Below, piece after piece: positions 8,593 to 17,766 of a stretch of 39,320 bases of DNA; within the stretch, counting starts at the first letter, position 1, and each line of letters begins with the position of its first letter. The translations under genes were made by a program, and so were the position numbers. The notes beneath the pieces were generated by a model that was given only the letters and a program-made list of their open reading frames with translations, ran no database searches and was not told where the DNA came from. The stretch lies in NCBI GenBank assembly GCA_003663415.1, contig QMZY01000001.1, forward strand, positions 1 through 39,320, in the 5' to 3' direction. This DNA comes from Candidatus Aenigmatarchaeota archaeon (GTDB taxonomy: Archaea; Aenigmatarchaeota; Aenigmatarchaeia; QMZP01).

Positions 8593-8993
8593 TTAACCCT
8601 CACGTTTTTTATTTTGAAGTGTCTTGCCATAAGCTCTCTTATGGCTTTTATATTGTTTCCGTTTTTTCCTATGACATTGACTTTATCCTCGTTGGGAATA
8701 CTTATGGTTATTACCCCATCATTTATTTCAATTGTTTTTATACTTGGTATCATGCCTTTTAAAAAAAATTCAAGGTTTTTGTAATATCCAAACACTTTGA
8801 CCTGTTTTCCAAGCTTTTTTTTAACATCTTTTATTACAGACCCGTTTTTTCCTATCACGAATCCGAGTTTTTTAGGGTCCACCACGAAATATATGCAGTT
8901 TTCTGTAATCAGACAGTCTTTTGCATTAACTTTTGTAAGTTTTTCAAATGCCGCCATCATTCTTATGGATTCTGTTTCAAGCTTTACTGTCAT
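8589..8993 (-). CDS. nusA: Archaeal NusA-like protein (two KH domains)
   Basis: 134 aa with two KH GxxG motifs (IGKNGSVIKDVKKKLG; IGKNGNNIKAIRELM). It lies downstream of L30e, as in the canonical archaeal L30e-NusA pair. Confidence 0.8.
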   Translation of the reverse strand: MTVKLETESIRMMAAFEKLTKVNAKDCLITENCIYFVVDPKKLGFVIGKNGSVIKDVKKKLGKQVKVFGYYKNLEFFLKGMIPSIKTIEINDGVITISIPNEDKVNVIGKNGNNIKAIRELMARHFKIKNVRVK

Positions 8994-9030
8994 TTTATCA
9001 GTATAATTACTTTATTTAACCTTTTAAATA

Positions 9031-9285
9031 TTAGTTTTTTACTCCCACCATAAGTATGGTGAAAGGCTTACCGCACAGTTCGCCAAGCTGCTTTGAGTTG
9101 CCTTCGAAGCTTTTAACAGCAGTGTCTGAAATTTTTGAATAATACTCCAAATCTTTTTTTACGTTTTCAGGACAGTTTGAAGCATAAAAAATCATTCTGA
9201 GTTTTTTGTTTTTAAGAAACTTCATCACCCTTCTCGTGCCTATTATAAGCTTGTTCTCTTTCAAGGCTTCTTTTATCTCTTTCAT
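9031..9285 (-). CDS. rpl30e: 50S ribosomal protein L30e
   Basis: 84 aa. KLIIGTRRVMKFL...MIFYASNCPENVKKDLEYYSK...GNSKQLGELCGKPF, an L30e/L7Ae-fold signature, with the nusA neighbour. Confidence 0.85.
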   Translation of the reverse strand: MKEIKEALKENKLIIGTRRVMKFLKNKKLRMIFYASNCPENVKKDLEYYSKISDTAVKSFEGNSKQLGELCGKPFTILMVGVKN

Positions 9286-9291
9286 AGTCCG

Positions 9292-9678
9292 CTAATAAAT
9301 ATAACACAGAAGCTTGCCGCCCGTGTTGTTCTTTTTTGCCTCCTTCTGGTCCATTATTCCTTTAGATGTTGTCAAAATCAAAACACCCACATTATAAGCA
9401 GGAAGGTATTTTTTTTCCCATTTAATCAGTTCTTTTCTTTTCACAGAAAACCTTGGTTTTATAACATTGCAGCTGTTTATTCTTCCCACCAGCTTTATTT
9501 TAAATTTGCCAGCTTTGCCGTCGTTTATGTAATCAAAACCGCCGATATAATTATGTTTGTGAACAACTTCCAACACGCCTTTAACAAGTTTTGACGCTGG
9601 CACAACGCACTCTTTTTTCCCTATAGACTCTGCGTTTTTTATGGTTGCAAAGACATCAGCCAAGATATCATGCCTCAT
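9292..9678 (-). CDS. rps8: 30S ribosomal protein S8 (uS8)
   Basis: 128 aa. DILADVFATIKNAE N-terminus and TTSKGIMDQKEAKKNNTGGKLLCYIY C-terminus. Confidence 0.95.
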   Translation of the reverse strand: MRHDILADVFATIKNAESIGKKECVVPASKLVKGVLEVVHKHNYIGGFDYINDGKAGKFKIKLVGRINSCNVIKPRFSVKRKELIKWEKKYLPAYNVGVLILTTSKGIMDQKEAKKNNTGGKLLCYIY

Positions 9679-9686
9679 TTTATCAC

Positions 9687-9908
9687 CTAATTATATTTCT
9701 TGAAACCCACTTTCTCAGCTTCCTCTCTGAAACACTGTCTGCAGTAAAGCAAACCATACTTTCTTATAACTCCTCTTGTTCTTCCGCACTTCCTGCATTT
9801 GTATACGTTTTTCCCAAACTTCCTTTTCTTAGGAGAGTTAAACTTCAAAAACCTTTTAAGTTTCACTTCCTTGTTTTCAATCTGTTTTTTAACCCTCTCG
9901 AAACTCAT
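9687..9908 (-). CDS. rps14: 30S ribosomal protein S14 (uS14, zinc type)
   Basis: [25 protein letters not shown] zinc-ribbon core. The start is chosen at the internal Met (MSFERV), 1 nt after the L5 stop. The ORF-track start (9938) would overlap L5. Confidence 0.85.
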   Translation of the reverse strand: MSFERVKKQIENKEVKLKRFLKFNSPKKRKFGKNVYKCRKCGRTRGVIRKYGLLYCRQCFREEAEKVGFKKYN

Positions 9909-9909
9909 A

Positions 9910-10419
9910 TTACTCACCATTATCCATTTCAACTCCAAGATTTTTTTTCACCCACTCAACTGCTTCCTCTTTCCTTATCACCTGGTTTTTCCCTATTTTT
10001 CCGGGTCTTATCCTCCTTTTTTTCACTCTGTATCCAGGCTTTTCAAGCGTAACGCAAACATCCAATCCAAGCATACCGACATCAGGGTCATACCTCATCC
10101 CAGGAATATGAATGTATTCTTTTATGCCAAAGGAAAAATTTCCGCTTTCATCAAACTGCGAAGTTTTAAGCTTGTTTTCAACAGCAGCCAAAAGCTTTTT
10201 AAGCATTTCCATTGCTTCTTCACCCCGCAAAGTAACCTTAACCCCTATTGGCCTGTTTTTTGCCATAAACGTTGTTCTTTTTTTTGTTTTTGTTATAACA
10301 ACTTTTTTTCCTGATATAACCTCCATTATTTTTTTACACTTTTCCAGTTTGGGGCCAGCCTCTCCAGCGCCCATGTTCAGCGTCACTTTCTCAAGCCTTA
10401 CTTCTTGCATGGGATTCAT
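9910..10419 (-). CDS. rpl5: 50S ribosomal protein L5 (uL5)
   Basis: 169 aa. [19 protein letters not shown]... typical uL5, in synteny between S4e and S14. Confidence 0.95.
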   Translation of the reverse strand: MNPMQEVRLEKVTLNMGAGEAGPKLEKCKKIMEVISGKKVVITKTKKRTTFMAKNRPIGVKVTLRGEEAMEMLKKLLAAVENKLKTSQFDESGNFSFGIKEYIHIPGMRYDPDVGMLGLDVCVTLEKPGYRVKKRRIRPGKIGKNQVIRKEEAVEWVKKNLGVEMDNGE

Positions 10420-11114
10420 TTTGCCTCACCTTTCAAATCAGGATTTCCTACAATTATGTATTTTTTTGCCGTTTCTATCTCTTTTCCTTTTACATCTATT
10501 TTAACAACGCCTCTTTCAAGCATGGTTTTTCTTTTCTTTATCTCCTTTACCTTGCCTTTTAAGCCCTTGTTCCTTCCGCTCACAATCAATGCATCCGCGC
10601 CGGGTTCAAACTTAAAATGTTTTATTATTTTCTGGTCGGGCAATCCAATCAAAACAGAATCACCAACCTTATATACATCTTTTTCCACAAGAACATTTCT
10701 TCCGTCATGCAAATTCAATTGCGTCACACCGCCGTTCACAATTGTTTTTCCTGTAATTTTGCAAAGCTTTGCATTGGCCTTGCTTTTATCTATTTCCTCC
10801 AGACAAAGGCCGTGTTTGTTAACAGAAACCCTGAAGTGCTGCTTTGTATCAGGAATTTCAACAATATCCATCAGGCCTGTTGGAAACTTCGGGTCCTTTC
10901 TTGGTTTTTTGTCCACCAAAACCTTTCCTTCATTAAGTATTTTCTTAACTTCCAAACTGTTTTCAGCATAGTTGAGTATATCCCTTAACAAAACCTTTAA
11001 AGGTATGCACGTTTTTTTTGGATGCGGGCCAGGAGAAGGTGAAACTATGAATTTGTTTTCCTTTTTTGAAACGCGCCAAAACTTCGGTGCCAGTAACCTT
11101 TTCATATGGCTCAT
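10416..11114 (-). CDS. rps4e: 30S ribosomal protein S4e
   Basis: 232 aa. MSHMKRLLAPKFWRVSKKENKF... eS4 N-terminus. Syntenic position. Confidence 0.95.
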   Translation of the reverse strand: MSHMKRLLAPKFWRVSKKENKFIVSPSPGPHPKKTCIPLKVLLRDILNYAENSLEVKKILNEGKVLVDKKPRKDPKFPTGLMDIVEIPDTKQHFRVSVNKHGLCLEEIDKSKANAKLCKITGKTIVNGGVTQLNLHDGRNVLVEKDVYKVGDSVLIGLPDQKIIKHFKFEPGADALIVSGRNKGLKGKVKEIKKRKTMLERGVVKIDVKGKEIETAKKYIIVGNPDLKGEAK

Positions 11115-11515
11115 TCTTTCACACTCGCTGTTTTAGTTCCTCTTTCCAGCGCTTCCAATCTTTTCTTATCATCCAAATTCAATTTAACAATCATAAGGTT
11201 TGATGACCTTAGAGGTTTCAAGACTTCAGAGCCGTCAGCTTTCTTAACCTTTAAATCTTCAATATATATTTTAAGATCCCTTAAATTTACTTTCTCCACA
11301 ACGCCCTTAAAACCCCTAAACTCGCCTCTCATAACCTTAACCTCATCTCCCTTTCTTAAGGGAAAAGACCTTTTTCCAAACCTCTCTCTAAGCTCTGGAG
11401 AAAGGTGGGCAGAGACAAACTTTCTTCTGATATGTAAAGGAGCGTTGTATCTATATTTTCTCTGTTTTCTTGGTTGCTTGCTTCTTATCCATTTTGATGA
11501 CCATTCCTTCCTCAT
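11111..11515 (-). CDS. rpl24: 50S ribosomal protein L24 (uL24)
   Basis: 134 aa. KQPRKQRKYRYNAPLHIRRK and the KOW motif LRKGDEVKVMRGEFRG. Confidence 0.9.
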   Translation of the reverse strand: MRKEWSSKWIRSKQPRKQRKYRYNAPLHIRRKFVSAHLSPELRERFGKRSFPLRKGDEVKVMRGEFRGFKGVVEKVNLRDLKIYIEDLKVKKADGSEVLKPLRSSNLMIVKLNLDDKKRLEALERGTKTASVKE

Positions 11516-11523
11516 TCCATCAC

Positions 11524-11922
11524 CTAAACTATAATGCTTGCTATTTTCCCTATTGCAGGAAACCTTTCAACAACCTCTCTTGCAACAGGACCTTTGATAA
11601 GCGTGCCTTTTGGTTCAAACTTCTCAGTAACCAAAACAGCAGCATTATCCTCAAACAATATCCTCATACCGTTTGCTCTTCTGTACTCTTTTCTCTGTCT
11701 TATTATTACAGCTCTCTGAACTTCATGCATAACCTTTTGAGAACCTTTCAAAACCTTGCAAGACACAATACTTGCGACACCAGCTGTTGGTTTTGTTCTT
11801 CTCTTTCCCTTGAACCCTCTTACAGCTATGATTTCCAACACCTTTGCGCCGCTGTTATCAGCGCATACCAAACTTGCTCCTACAGGAAGGGTTTTTGTGA
11901 TTTTGGCGCTTATCGCTTTCAT
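11524..11922 (-). CDS. rpl14: 50S ribosomal protein L14 (uL14)
   Basis: Core VGASLVCADNSGAKVLEIIAV.... The start is set at MKAISAK, 4 nt after the S17 stop. The ORF-track start (11958) overlaps S17. Confidence 0.95.
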   Translation of the reverse strand: MKAISAKITKTLPVGASLVCADNSGAKVLEIIAVRGFKGKRRTKPTAGVASIVSCKVLKGSQKVMHEVQRAVIIRQRKEYRRANGMRILFEDNAAVLVTEKFEPKGTLIKGPVAREVVERFPAIGKIASIIV

Positions 11923-11926
11923 TCCG

Positions 11927-12262
11927 TCACCTTTCCAAATCCTTTTGAAAACCAACAACCACGAACTTTTTTGTTTTTGATAAAGGCCTGCATTCAGCTA
12001 TCACAACCTTATCTCCTTCCTTCGCCCTTATACATCTTGGGTTGTGCGCTGTAACTCTTGTTTTTCTCCTTTCATACCTTTCGTATTTTTTAACAAACCT
12101 GTGATATCCCCATTCAACAATAACAGTTCTTCTGGATTTTGCTGATTTTACCTCGCCTTGAAAAACCCTGCCTCTAACTGAAAGCGTTCCGTGCCAGGGA
12201 CACTTCTTATCTTCACATTCCCTTTCTGGTGGTTTTATAGGTATACCTATATACTTTTTCAT
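11927..12262 (-). CDS. rps17: 30S ribosomal protein S17 (uS17)
   Basis: 111 aa. CEDKKCPWHGTLSVRGRVFQGEVKS and the archaeal uS17 pattern. Confidence 0.9.
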   Translation of the reverse strand: MKKYIGIPIKPPERECEDKKCPWHGTLSVRGRVFQGEVKSAKSRRTVIVEWGYHRFVKKYERYERRKTRVTAHNPRCIRAKEGDKVVIAECRPLSKTKKFVVVGFQKDLER

Positions 12263-12280
12263 ATCAAACCCTGTTAATTA

Positions 12281-12386
12281 TACAGAACCGAGTCAGCCTC
12301 TCTACCTTCTTCATACCAGAGTATGAAGGTAGGTAACTCAGCTCCTGTACTATACAAAGAATAAGAGCGTTATATATTTATAAACT
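12281..12386 (-). promoter_or_regulatory. Internal promoter (TATA) plus structured 5' leader upstream of rps17
   Basis: On the minus strand, TTTATAAATATATA (12371-12386) begins 7 nt after the Rpp29 stop. About 25 nt downstream starts an imperfect long hairpin: outer TACAG/CTGTA (12281-85 with 12345-49) and an inner 12-bp stem with a 3-nt bulge (12302-16 with 12321-32, loop CAGA). This is the only gap over 100 nt in an otherwise gapless gene array. Confidence 0.4.
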
Positions 12387-12392
12387 TAATGG

Positions 12393-12671
12393 TTACCATG
12401 TTTTCTGTTTTTTCTTCACCCTGTCTTCTGGTCTTGCTACCAAAACCTTTCCGTTAACTCTGACCCGTTCACCAGAGGGCAAGTAAAAAGAAAAAACGCA
12501 CTGGTCTTTTGGAAGCCTTTTAAGACCTTTTTTTGTTTCTATAATTAGCGTGTTTTTTGTTTCATCTATAACTTTCCCTTCTATACCAACTTGATACTTG
12601 TTTTTCGACTCGCTTACTTTTACCTTTAAACCAATAAGTTCATGTTTTATCAAATTCTTTGGAGTTATCAT
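12393..12671 (-). CDS. rnp1: RNase P protein component 1 (Rpp29/Pop4)
   Basis: 92 aa. HELIGLKVKVSESKNKYQVGIEGKVIDETKNTLIIET, an Sm-like Rpp29 core. Canonical position between SUI1/L29 and S17. Confidence 0.8.
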   Translation of the reverse strand: MITPKNLIKHELIGLKVKVSESKNKYQVGIEGKVIDETKNTLIIETKKGLKRLPKDQCVFSFYLPSGERVRVNGKVLVARPEDRVKKKQKTW

Positions 12672-12675
12672 ATAA

Positions 12676-12981
12676 TTATAGAATTTCTATCTGGTCTTCC
12701 TGAAAACCAAGGCTTATGAGAATGTTTTTAATTCTTGTTTTGTGCTCGCCCTGAAGTTCTATATTATTGTTTTTTATTGTTCCGCCGCAAGCAAGTTTTT
12801 GTTTCATCTGCTTAAGTATTTTTTTGGCATCTATGTCTTTGCTCAGGCCTTCAATTATTGTAACTGTCTTTCCATAGCGTTTTTTTTCATTGAAAACCCG
12901 TATTTTTTCTTTTTCTTTTGCTATTGTTTCACAAATACAAAGTTCTTTCGGAAGCCCGCACTTGTCGCATATTTTGCTCAT
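12676..12981 (-). CDS. sui1: Translation initiation factor aIF1 (SUI1)
   Basis: 101 aa. N-terminal CDKCG...CIC knuckle and the SUI1 core RYGKTVTIIEGL...LKQKLACGGT. Confidence 0.9.
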   Translation of the reverse strand: MSKICDKCGLPKELCICETIAKEKEKIRVFNEKKRYGKTVTIIEGLSKDIDAKKILKQMKQKLACGGTIKNNNIELQGEHKTRIKNILISLGFQEDQIEIL

Positions 12982-13187
12982 TTCTTTTTCCTGACCTCCT
13001 CCTTTTGTATAGTAAGAATTCTTGCTATAGTTCTTTTTATTTCCTTTAATTTTCCAGCAGAAGCAGGAGAACTGCCCATTTTTATATTTGCTTTTTCTTT
13101 TGCAAACTCAAGCCTGAGTTCTTTTAATTTTTTTTCCCTTTCTGTTTTGTTCAGTTTTCTCACATCTTTTGCTTTTATTACAGCCAT
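12978..13187 (-). CDS. rpl29: 50S ribosomal protein L29 (uL29)
   Basis: 69 aa. LRKLNKTEREKKLKELRLEF...IKRTIARILT. Confidence 0.9.
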   Translation of the reverse strand: MAVIKAKDVRKLNKTEREKKLKELRLEFAKEKANIKMGSSPASAGKLKEIKRTIARILTIQKEEVRKKK

Positions 13188-13202
13188 AGCTTTATTTTAT
13201 AA

Positions 13203-13811
13203 TTATTTTATTCCTTTTTTATCTTTTACTTCCTTTATCTCTCCGTCAATATCCATAAAACTTTTCATTATCTTTACTGTTATCCCTATTTTTCCCGGTT
13301 TTGTGTTTGCTTCCTCAAAACCGACATCTACCAGATCTTTAGCAGGCTGACCGCAGTGTTTGATATGACCAGCTACGAATTTTGATGTCATTGCTTTACC
13401 GCTTGTAATCCTTCCGGCAATCTTTATCATTGCACCAACAGCACCTGCGTCCATTATCCTTTTCAACGCAAGGTTTCCTATTTTTTTATGGTTATAGCCC
13501 CTTTCCAATGCAGATGCTATTTGTTTTGCCACTATTTTTGCATCCAAATTAGGATTTTTTATTGATTTCACATCCAGCTCTGGGTTTTCCAGGCCAAATC
13601 TTTCTTTTATGGCTTCTGTCATTTCATTAATGTTCCTGCCGCCCCTTCCTATAATCCTCCCCGGCTTGTTGGTGTAAATAACTATTTTTATCCCAAGAGG
13701 AGTTCTTTGCAATTCTGTTCTGGAATAATCGCCCACAGGAAAGTTGTTTCTGATAAATTTTTCAATTTCAACCTCTTTCAAGCCCTGTTTTATAAAATAT
13801 TCGTTGAGCAT
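13203..13811 (-). CDS. rps3: 30S ribosomal protein S3 (uS3)
   Basis: 202 aa. KH domain PGRIIGRGGRNINEMTEAIKERF and the uS3 C-domain. Confidence 0.95.
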   Translation of the reverse strand: MLNEYFIKQGLKEVEIEKFIRNNFPVGDYSRTELQRTPLGIKIVIYTNKPGRIIGRGGRNINEMTEAIKERFGLENPELDVKSIKNPNLDAKIVAKQIASALERGYNHKKIGNLALKRIMDAGAVGAMIKIAGRITSGKAMTSKFVAGHIKHCGQPAKDLVDVGFEEANTKPGKIGITVKIMKSFMDIDGEIKEVKDKKGIK

Positions 13812-14203
13812 TATTTCTCCTCCAAAAATATCTGTATGTTTGTCATTTTTCTTTTTGTTCCCCTAAGCTTAAGCCTTCTCGGTCTCCAGAACGTAAACCC
13901 TTTATGTGAAGATGCCTTAACTATCATTTTTTCAAGCTCAAGTCCTTTGAATTCTGCATTTTTTTCAGCGCTTTCAAGCAGTTTAAGCAGAGTTCTGGAT
14001 ATGTTTGTGTAATATTTTCCGTTGATGCTTCTTTTTTGTGTTATCAGGTCTTCAAGCAACCTCTTTGCTTTTTTTAACGGCTTTCCGTTTATCTCCCTGC
14101 AAATCTTTACTGAGTTTTTTGTTGAAATCCTCAAAGCTCTGCCATAAACCTTAACAGATTTCTGCGGTTTGGGATTCATAACATATCTAAACATATTCAT
14201 CAC
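13811..14203 (-). CDS. rpl22: 50S ribosomal protein L22 (uL22)
   Basis: 130 aa. [35 protein letters not shown]. Syntenic between S19 and S3. Confidence 0.9.
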   Translation of the reverse strand: MMNMFRYVMNPKPQKSVKVYGRALRISTKNSVKICREINGKPLKKAKRLLEDLITQKRSINGKYYTNISRTLLKLLESAEKNAEFKGLELEKMIVKASSHKGFTFWRPRRLKLRGTKRKMTNIQIFLEEK

Positions 14204-14580
14204 TTCAATGGTATATACTTAGACGATCTTGTTGCACCGAAACCGGGCGCAGAATGTTTAACCTGCTTCCTTGTTAATGCAAACTCTCCAAGTCTGTGAC
14301 CGAGCATTTCAGGTTTTATCTCAACAGGAACAAATTCTTTTCCGTTGTAAACGCCAATCTTAACGCCTATCATTTCAGGAACAATAACCATATCTCTGTG
14401 GTGCGTTTTATGGAATTTGTTTGGGTTTTTTCTTATGTTTTCCAAAAACTTTTTCTGTTCCTCTGTGAATCCTCTCTTGAGGCTTCTCCTTATCCTTGCC
14501 GTGGCTATTTTTGCAAATTCTTCTATGCTCATTTTCTTTATCTCCTTTTTGTCAAATCCCTTATAACCAATTCTTTCCAT
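14200..14580 (-). CDS. rps19: 30S ribosomal protein S19 (uS19)
   Basis: 126 aa. [36 protein letters not shown]. Confidence 0.95.
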   Translation of the reverse strand: MERIGYKGFDKKEIKKMSIEEFAKIATARIRRSLKRGFTEEQKKFLENIRKNPNKFHKTHHRDMVIVPEMIGVKIGVYNGKEFVPVEIKPEMLGHRLGEFALTRKQVKHSAPGFGATRSSKYIPLK

Positions 14581-14581
14581 T

Positions 14582-15250
14582 TTATCTCCTCTTGCCTGTT
14601 TTCTTTGCTGCTAAAGACCCAACCTTTCTTCCCGGCGGAGCGTGCCTTGAAACTGTTTTAGCTCTTCCAAGACCAGTGTAACCGCTGCCAAACGGATGGT
14701 CTACAGCATTCATTGCAACGCCGGACGTTCTTGGATAAAGCTTTCCTCTTGCGTGCATGGCATGCCATTTTTTACCTGCTTTAATCACAGGCTTTTCATT
14801 TCTTCCTTCGCCTGCAGGCACACCAACAGTTACCATACATTCTGGGTGCAACTTTATCTTTTTCTTTGAAGGCAATTGAACTATACACTCTTTCTCTGTT
14901 TTTGAAACAATCACAGCACCGCTTCCCGGTGCCCTGCAAAGCTTGGGACCCGAGTTAGGGGAAGTTTCTAAACATGAAATTTTTTCACCTTCGCTCACGT
15001 TTTGCAAAGAAGTGACATAGGTTTTTACCTCATCTCCAACTTTCATTCCGTCCATGGCTATTATATATCCTGTTGTGTTGTCTTCATATTTTATCTCAGC
15101 CAAAGGAGCATCCCTTTTCGGGTCCCTTATAATATCTTTTACAACCCCGTTCATTTTTTTATACATAACCTTGGGTTTAAATGAATACTCAGGAACCCTG
15201 TATGTGGGAGAACCCCTTCCTCTTCTCTGCTGAATTATTCTCTTTCCCAT
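14582..15250 (-). CDS. rpl2: 50S ribosomal protein L2 (uL2)
   Basis: 222 aa. [18 protein letters not shown]... and [11 protein letters not shown]. Confidence 0.95.
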   Translation of the reverse strand: MGKRIIQQRRGRGSPTYRVPEYSFKPKVMYKKMNGVVKDIIRDPKRDAPLAEIKYEDNTTGYIIAMDGMKVGDEVKTYVTSLQNVSEGEKISCLETSPNSGPKLCRAPGSGAVIVSKTEKECIVQLPSKKKIKLHPECMVTVGVPAGEGRNEKPVIKAGKKWHAMHARGKLYPRTSGVAMNAVDHPFGSGYTGLGRAKTVSRHAPPGRKVGSLAAKKTGKRR

Positions 15251-15252
15251 AT

Positions 15253-15660
15253 TTACACCCTTCTGCCTCTCCTTCCTCCGGGTTTGGTTGAATCATGTGG
15301 TATTGGTGTCACATCTTCTATATTACCTATTTTTAAACCAGCTCTAATTAATGCTCTTATTGCTGGTTGTGCTCCTTGGCCCGGGATTTTTTTCTTGTGT
15401 CCACCAGGAGCGCGTATTCTCAAATGAACAGCTGTTATACCCTTTGCTATAGCATCTTGTGCAGCCTTTCTTGCAGCATTTATTGCAGGGAAAGGAGCGC
15501 CCTTATCTTTATCCCTTTTTGTGACCATACCGCCCGAAACCCTTGATATGGTTTCTGCTCCTGTTATGTCTGTTATATGGATTATGGTGTTGTTGTTGGA
15601 TGAATAAATATGAGCTATGCCCCATTTGCCTTTTTGCCCTTCTTTTTCCATTTCATTCAC
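15253..15660 (-). CDS. rps11: 30S ribosomal protein S11 (uS11)
   Basis: 135 aa. [22 protein letters not shown]...[14 protein letters not shown]. Confidence 0.95.
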   Translation of the reverse strand: MNEMEKEGQKGKWGIAHIYSSNNNTIIHITDITGAETISRVSGGMVTKRDKDKGAPFPAINAARKAAQDAIAKGITAVHLRIRAPGGHKKKIPGQGAQPAIRALIRAGLKIGNIEDVTPIPHDSTKPGGRRGRRV

Positions 15661-16126
15661 CTTTCATCTTTGACGTTTCATACCAGCTTATTTTGTTTTC
15701 ATATTTAGCAGGAACCAAATATCCAGGAAACTTTATCCTTCTCCCATCAACAGCTATGTGCCCGTGCGTTATCAGTTGTCTTGCCTGTTTTATGGTTTTT
15801 CCAAAACCTTTTTTAAATGCAATGGTTTGAAGCCTTCTATTAAGAACATCATTTACAGAAAGAGCAAGAATATCATCCAAAGCGCTTTCTTTTCCGAGAA
15901 GGCCAAGCTTTTGCAATTTTTCTATGAGATTCTTTTCCTTTTCTTTATCCTTTTCAGCGATCAACTCTCTTGCTCTTTCCCTGAACCTTCTTAATATACT
16001 CTCTACTATCCATATTTCCTTCTTCCTCTTTAAACCATACTCATTGATAATCTTTCTTTCTTCCTTTATTCTACGCAAATCCAAAGGCGTTTTTGGTTTT
16101 TTGTACCTTCTTCTAAACCTTCTCAT
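15653..16126 (-). CDS. rps4: 30S ribosomal protein S4 (uS4)
   Basis: 157 aa. [18 protein letters not shown]... and the S4 domain [16 protein letters not shown]. Confidence 0.95.
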   Translation of the reverse strand: MRRFRRRYKKPKTPLDLRRIKEERKIINEYGLKRKKEIWIVESILRRFRERARELIAEKDKEKEKNLIEKLQKLGLLGKESALDDILALSVNDVLNRRLQTIAFKKGFGKTIKQARQLITHGHIAVDGRRIKFPGYLVPAKYENKISWYETSKMKGE

Positions 16127-16587
16127 GCTCCACCTTGTTTCTTTCTTTTCACGCCTATTGTTTTTCCTTTTCTAAACGCGCTTCTTGTTCTCTGACCTCT
16201 AACAGGCAAACCAAGAATATGTCTTACACCCCTGTAAGATTTAAGTTTTTTCATCTCGTTTATGTCAATTTTTTGCGTTAATTCAAGAGATGAAGCAGTA
16301 AGATGCTTGTTTTTACCGTCAAAGGGGTCTGACCTGCGGTTGTATAACCATTCCGGTATCCCGTGTTTTTTTGGATTTAAAACAATGTCTTCGAGTTTTT
16401 TTATTTCCTCGTCTGAAAGCTCACCGAATATTTTTCCACCCAGACCAGAAACATTTACAACAGCGTTGCTGAACATAAAGGACATGCCTCTAACCCTCCT
16501 CAATGCATTTTCAACGCTAAGTCTGCCGTCTATGTTTGTCTCAATAAACCTTACTATTCTCTTTTGCACACCCTTTTCATCCATCAT
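16123..16587 (-). CDS. rps13: 30S ribosomal protein S13 (uS13)
   Basis: 154 aa. RIVRFIETNIDGRLSVENALRRVRGM...SYRGVRHILGLPVRGQRT. Confidence 0.95.
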   Translation of the reverse strand: MMDEKGVQKRIVRFIETNIDGRLSVENALRRVRGMSFMFSNAVVNVSGLGGKIFGELSDEEIKKLEDIVLNPKKHGIPEWLYNRRSDPFDGKNKHLTASSLELTQKIDINEMKKLKSYRGVRHILGLPVRGQRTRSAFRKGKTIGVKRKKQGGA

Positions 16588-16688
16588 ATCACTCTGATAT
16601 ATTTTAACACAATATTTAAATATTGATTAAATTAAAGTTTATAGCCAATAACATTTAAATGTAAATGTTTAATAAAGTTTTCATTAGT

Positions 16689-17498
16689 ATGAAATTGAAC
16701 ATATACAGCATTAAAGGCGAAGCAAAGGGAAGTGTTAGTGTTAAAACCAACTATCCTGTAAGAACAGATTTGGTTCAAAGAGCAGTTGCATCAGAACTTT
16801 CATTAAAGAGGCAGCCTTACGGAACAGACCCTTTGGCTGGAAAAAGAACGTCTGCGCATTATCACGGAAGAAGGGGCATAAGACACAGCATGATGAACAG
16901 GGAAATGGCAAGAATGAAAAGGATTCATGGTTCTGGTTTTCTTCATATGACTGCAAGGTTCGTCCCGCAGGCAATAAAAGGCAGGAAGGCACATCCGCCG
17001 AAAGTAGAAAAGGACTGGGAAAAGGGAATGAACAAGAAAGAATGGAGAAAGGCGCTGGCTTCTGCGTTTTGTGCCTGTTTGCAGAAAGAGCTGGTGGAGA
17101 AAAGAGGTCATAAAATAAAGGGTCTTAAGCAGGTGCCTGTAATAATTGAAAACAAGTTTGCATCCGTTAAAAAAGCAAAAGAGGTTCTGGCTTTACTGGA
17201 AAAGCTTGGTTTAAAACAAGAGATAGAAAGAGCAAAGGAAAAGAAAGTAAGGGCTGGCAAGGGGACGGCAAGAGGAAGAAGATACAAAAGAAAGAAAAGC
17301 CTTTTAATTGTTGTTAAAGAAGACAAGGGAATATCAAAGGCAGCTGAAAACATACCCGGTGTTGATGTTGTTGAAGTTGGAAATCTGTCCGTAAGCGATT
17401 TGGTTCCGGGAACAAAACCAGGAAGGCTTAGTCTGTGGACAGAAGCCGCGTTCGAACACATGAAAAAATTCTTAAAAGAAAACGGTGTTGAAGTATGA
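16689..17498 (+). CDS. rpl4: 50S ribosomal protein L4 (uL4, L1e type)
   Basis: MKLNIYSIKGEAKGS... start, the 9th codon of the 16665 ORF. Also RQPYGTDPLAGKRTSAHYHGRRG. ATGA-type overlap with L23. Confidence 0.9.
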   Translation: MKLNIYSIKGEAKGSVSVKTNYPVRTDLVQRAVASELSLKRQPYGTDPLAGKRTSAHYHGRRGIRHSMMNREMARMKRIHGSGFLHMTARFVPQAIKGRKAHPPKVEKDWEKGMNKKEWRKALASAFCACLQKELVEKRGHKIKGLKQVPVIIENKFASVKKAKEVLALLEKLGLKQEIERAKEKKVRAGKGTARGRRYKRKKSLLIVVKEDKGISKAAENIPGVDVVEVGNLSVSDLVPGTKPGRLSLWTEAAFEHMKKFLKENGVEV

Positions 17499-17764
17499 AA
17501 AAGAAAGACGTCTGGAATATAATCATGTATCCTCATCTCACAGAAAAATCTGTAAATCTTGTAGAAACGCAAAACAAATTAGTCTTTATAGTCAACAGAA
17601 AAGCAAACAAAAAAGAGATAAAAGAGGCCGTGGAAAAAGAATTTAATGTGAAGGTTGTGAACGTTAATCTTGAGATAACAAGAAAAGGCGAAAAAAAAGC
17701 ATATGTTAAGCTCTCTAAAGAAACGCCAGCCATTGATATTGCTTCAAGGCTGGGAATGGTGTAA
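17495..17764 (+). CDS. rpl23: 50S ribosomal protein L23 (uL23)
   Basis: 89 aa. YPHLTEKSVNLVETQNKLVFIVNRKANKKEIKEAVEKEFNVKV. Confidence 0.9.
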   Translation: MKKKDVWNIIMYPHLTEKSVNLVETQNKLVFIVNRKANKKEIKEAVEKEFNVKVVNVNLEITRKGEKKAYVKLSKETPAIDIASRLGMV

Positions 17765-17766
17765 AT

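Noticed and set aside
9645-12054. Long plus-strand ORFs (for example 9645-10052, 9799-10314, 10405-10971, 11106-11534, 11470-12054), and similar ones across 12742-16597.
   Set aside because: They lie antisense to unmistakable ribosomal protein genes and have low-complexity F/L/S-rich translations. These are shadow ORFs of AT-rich coding DNA, not genes.
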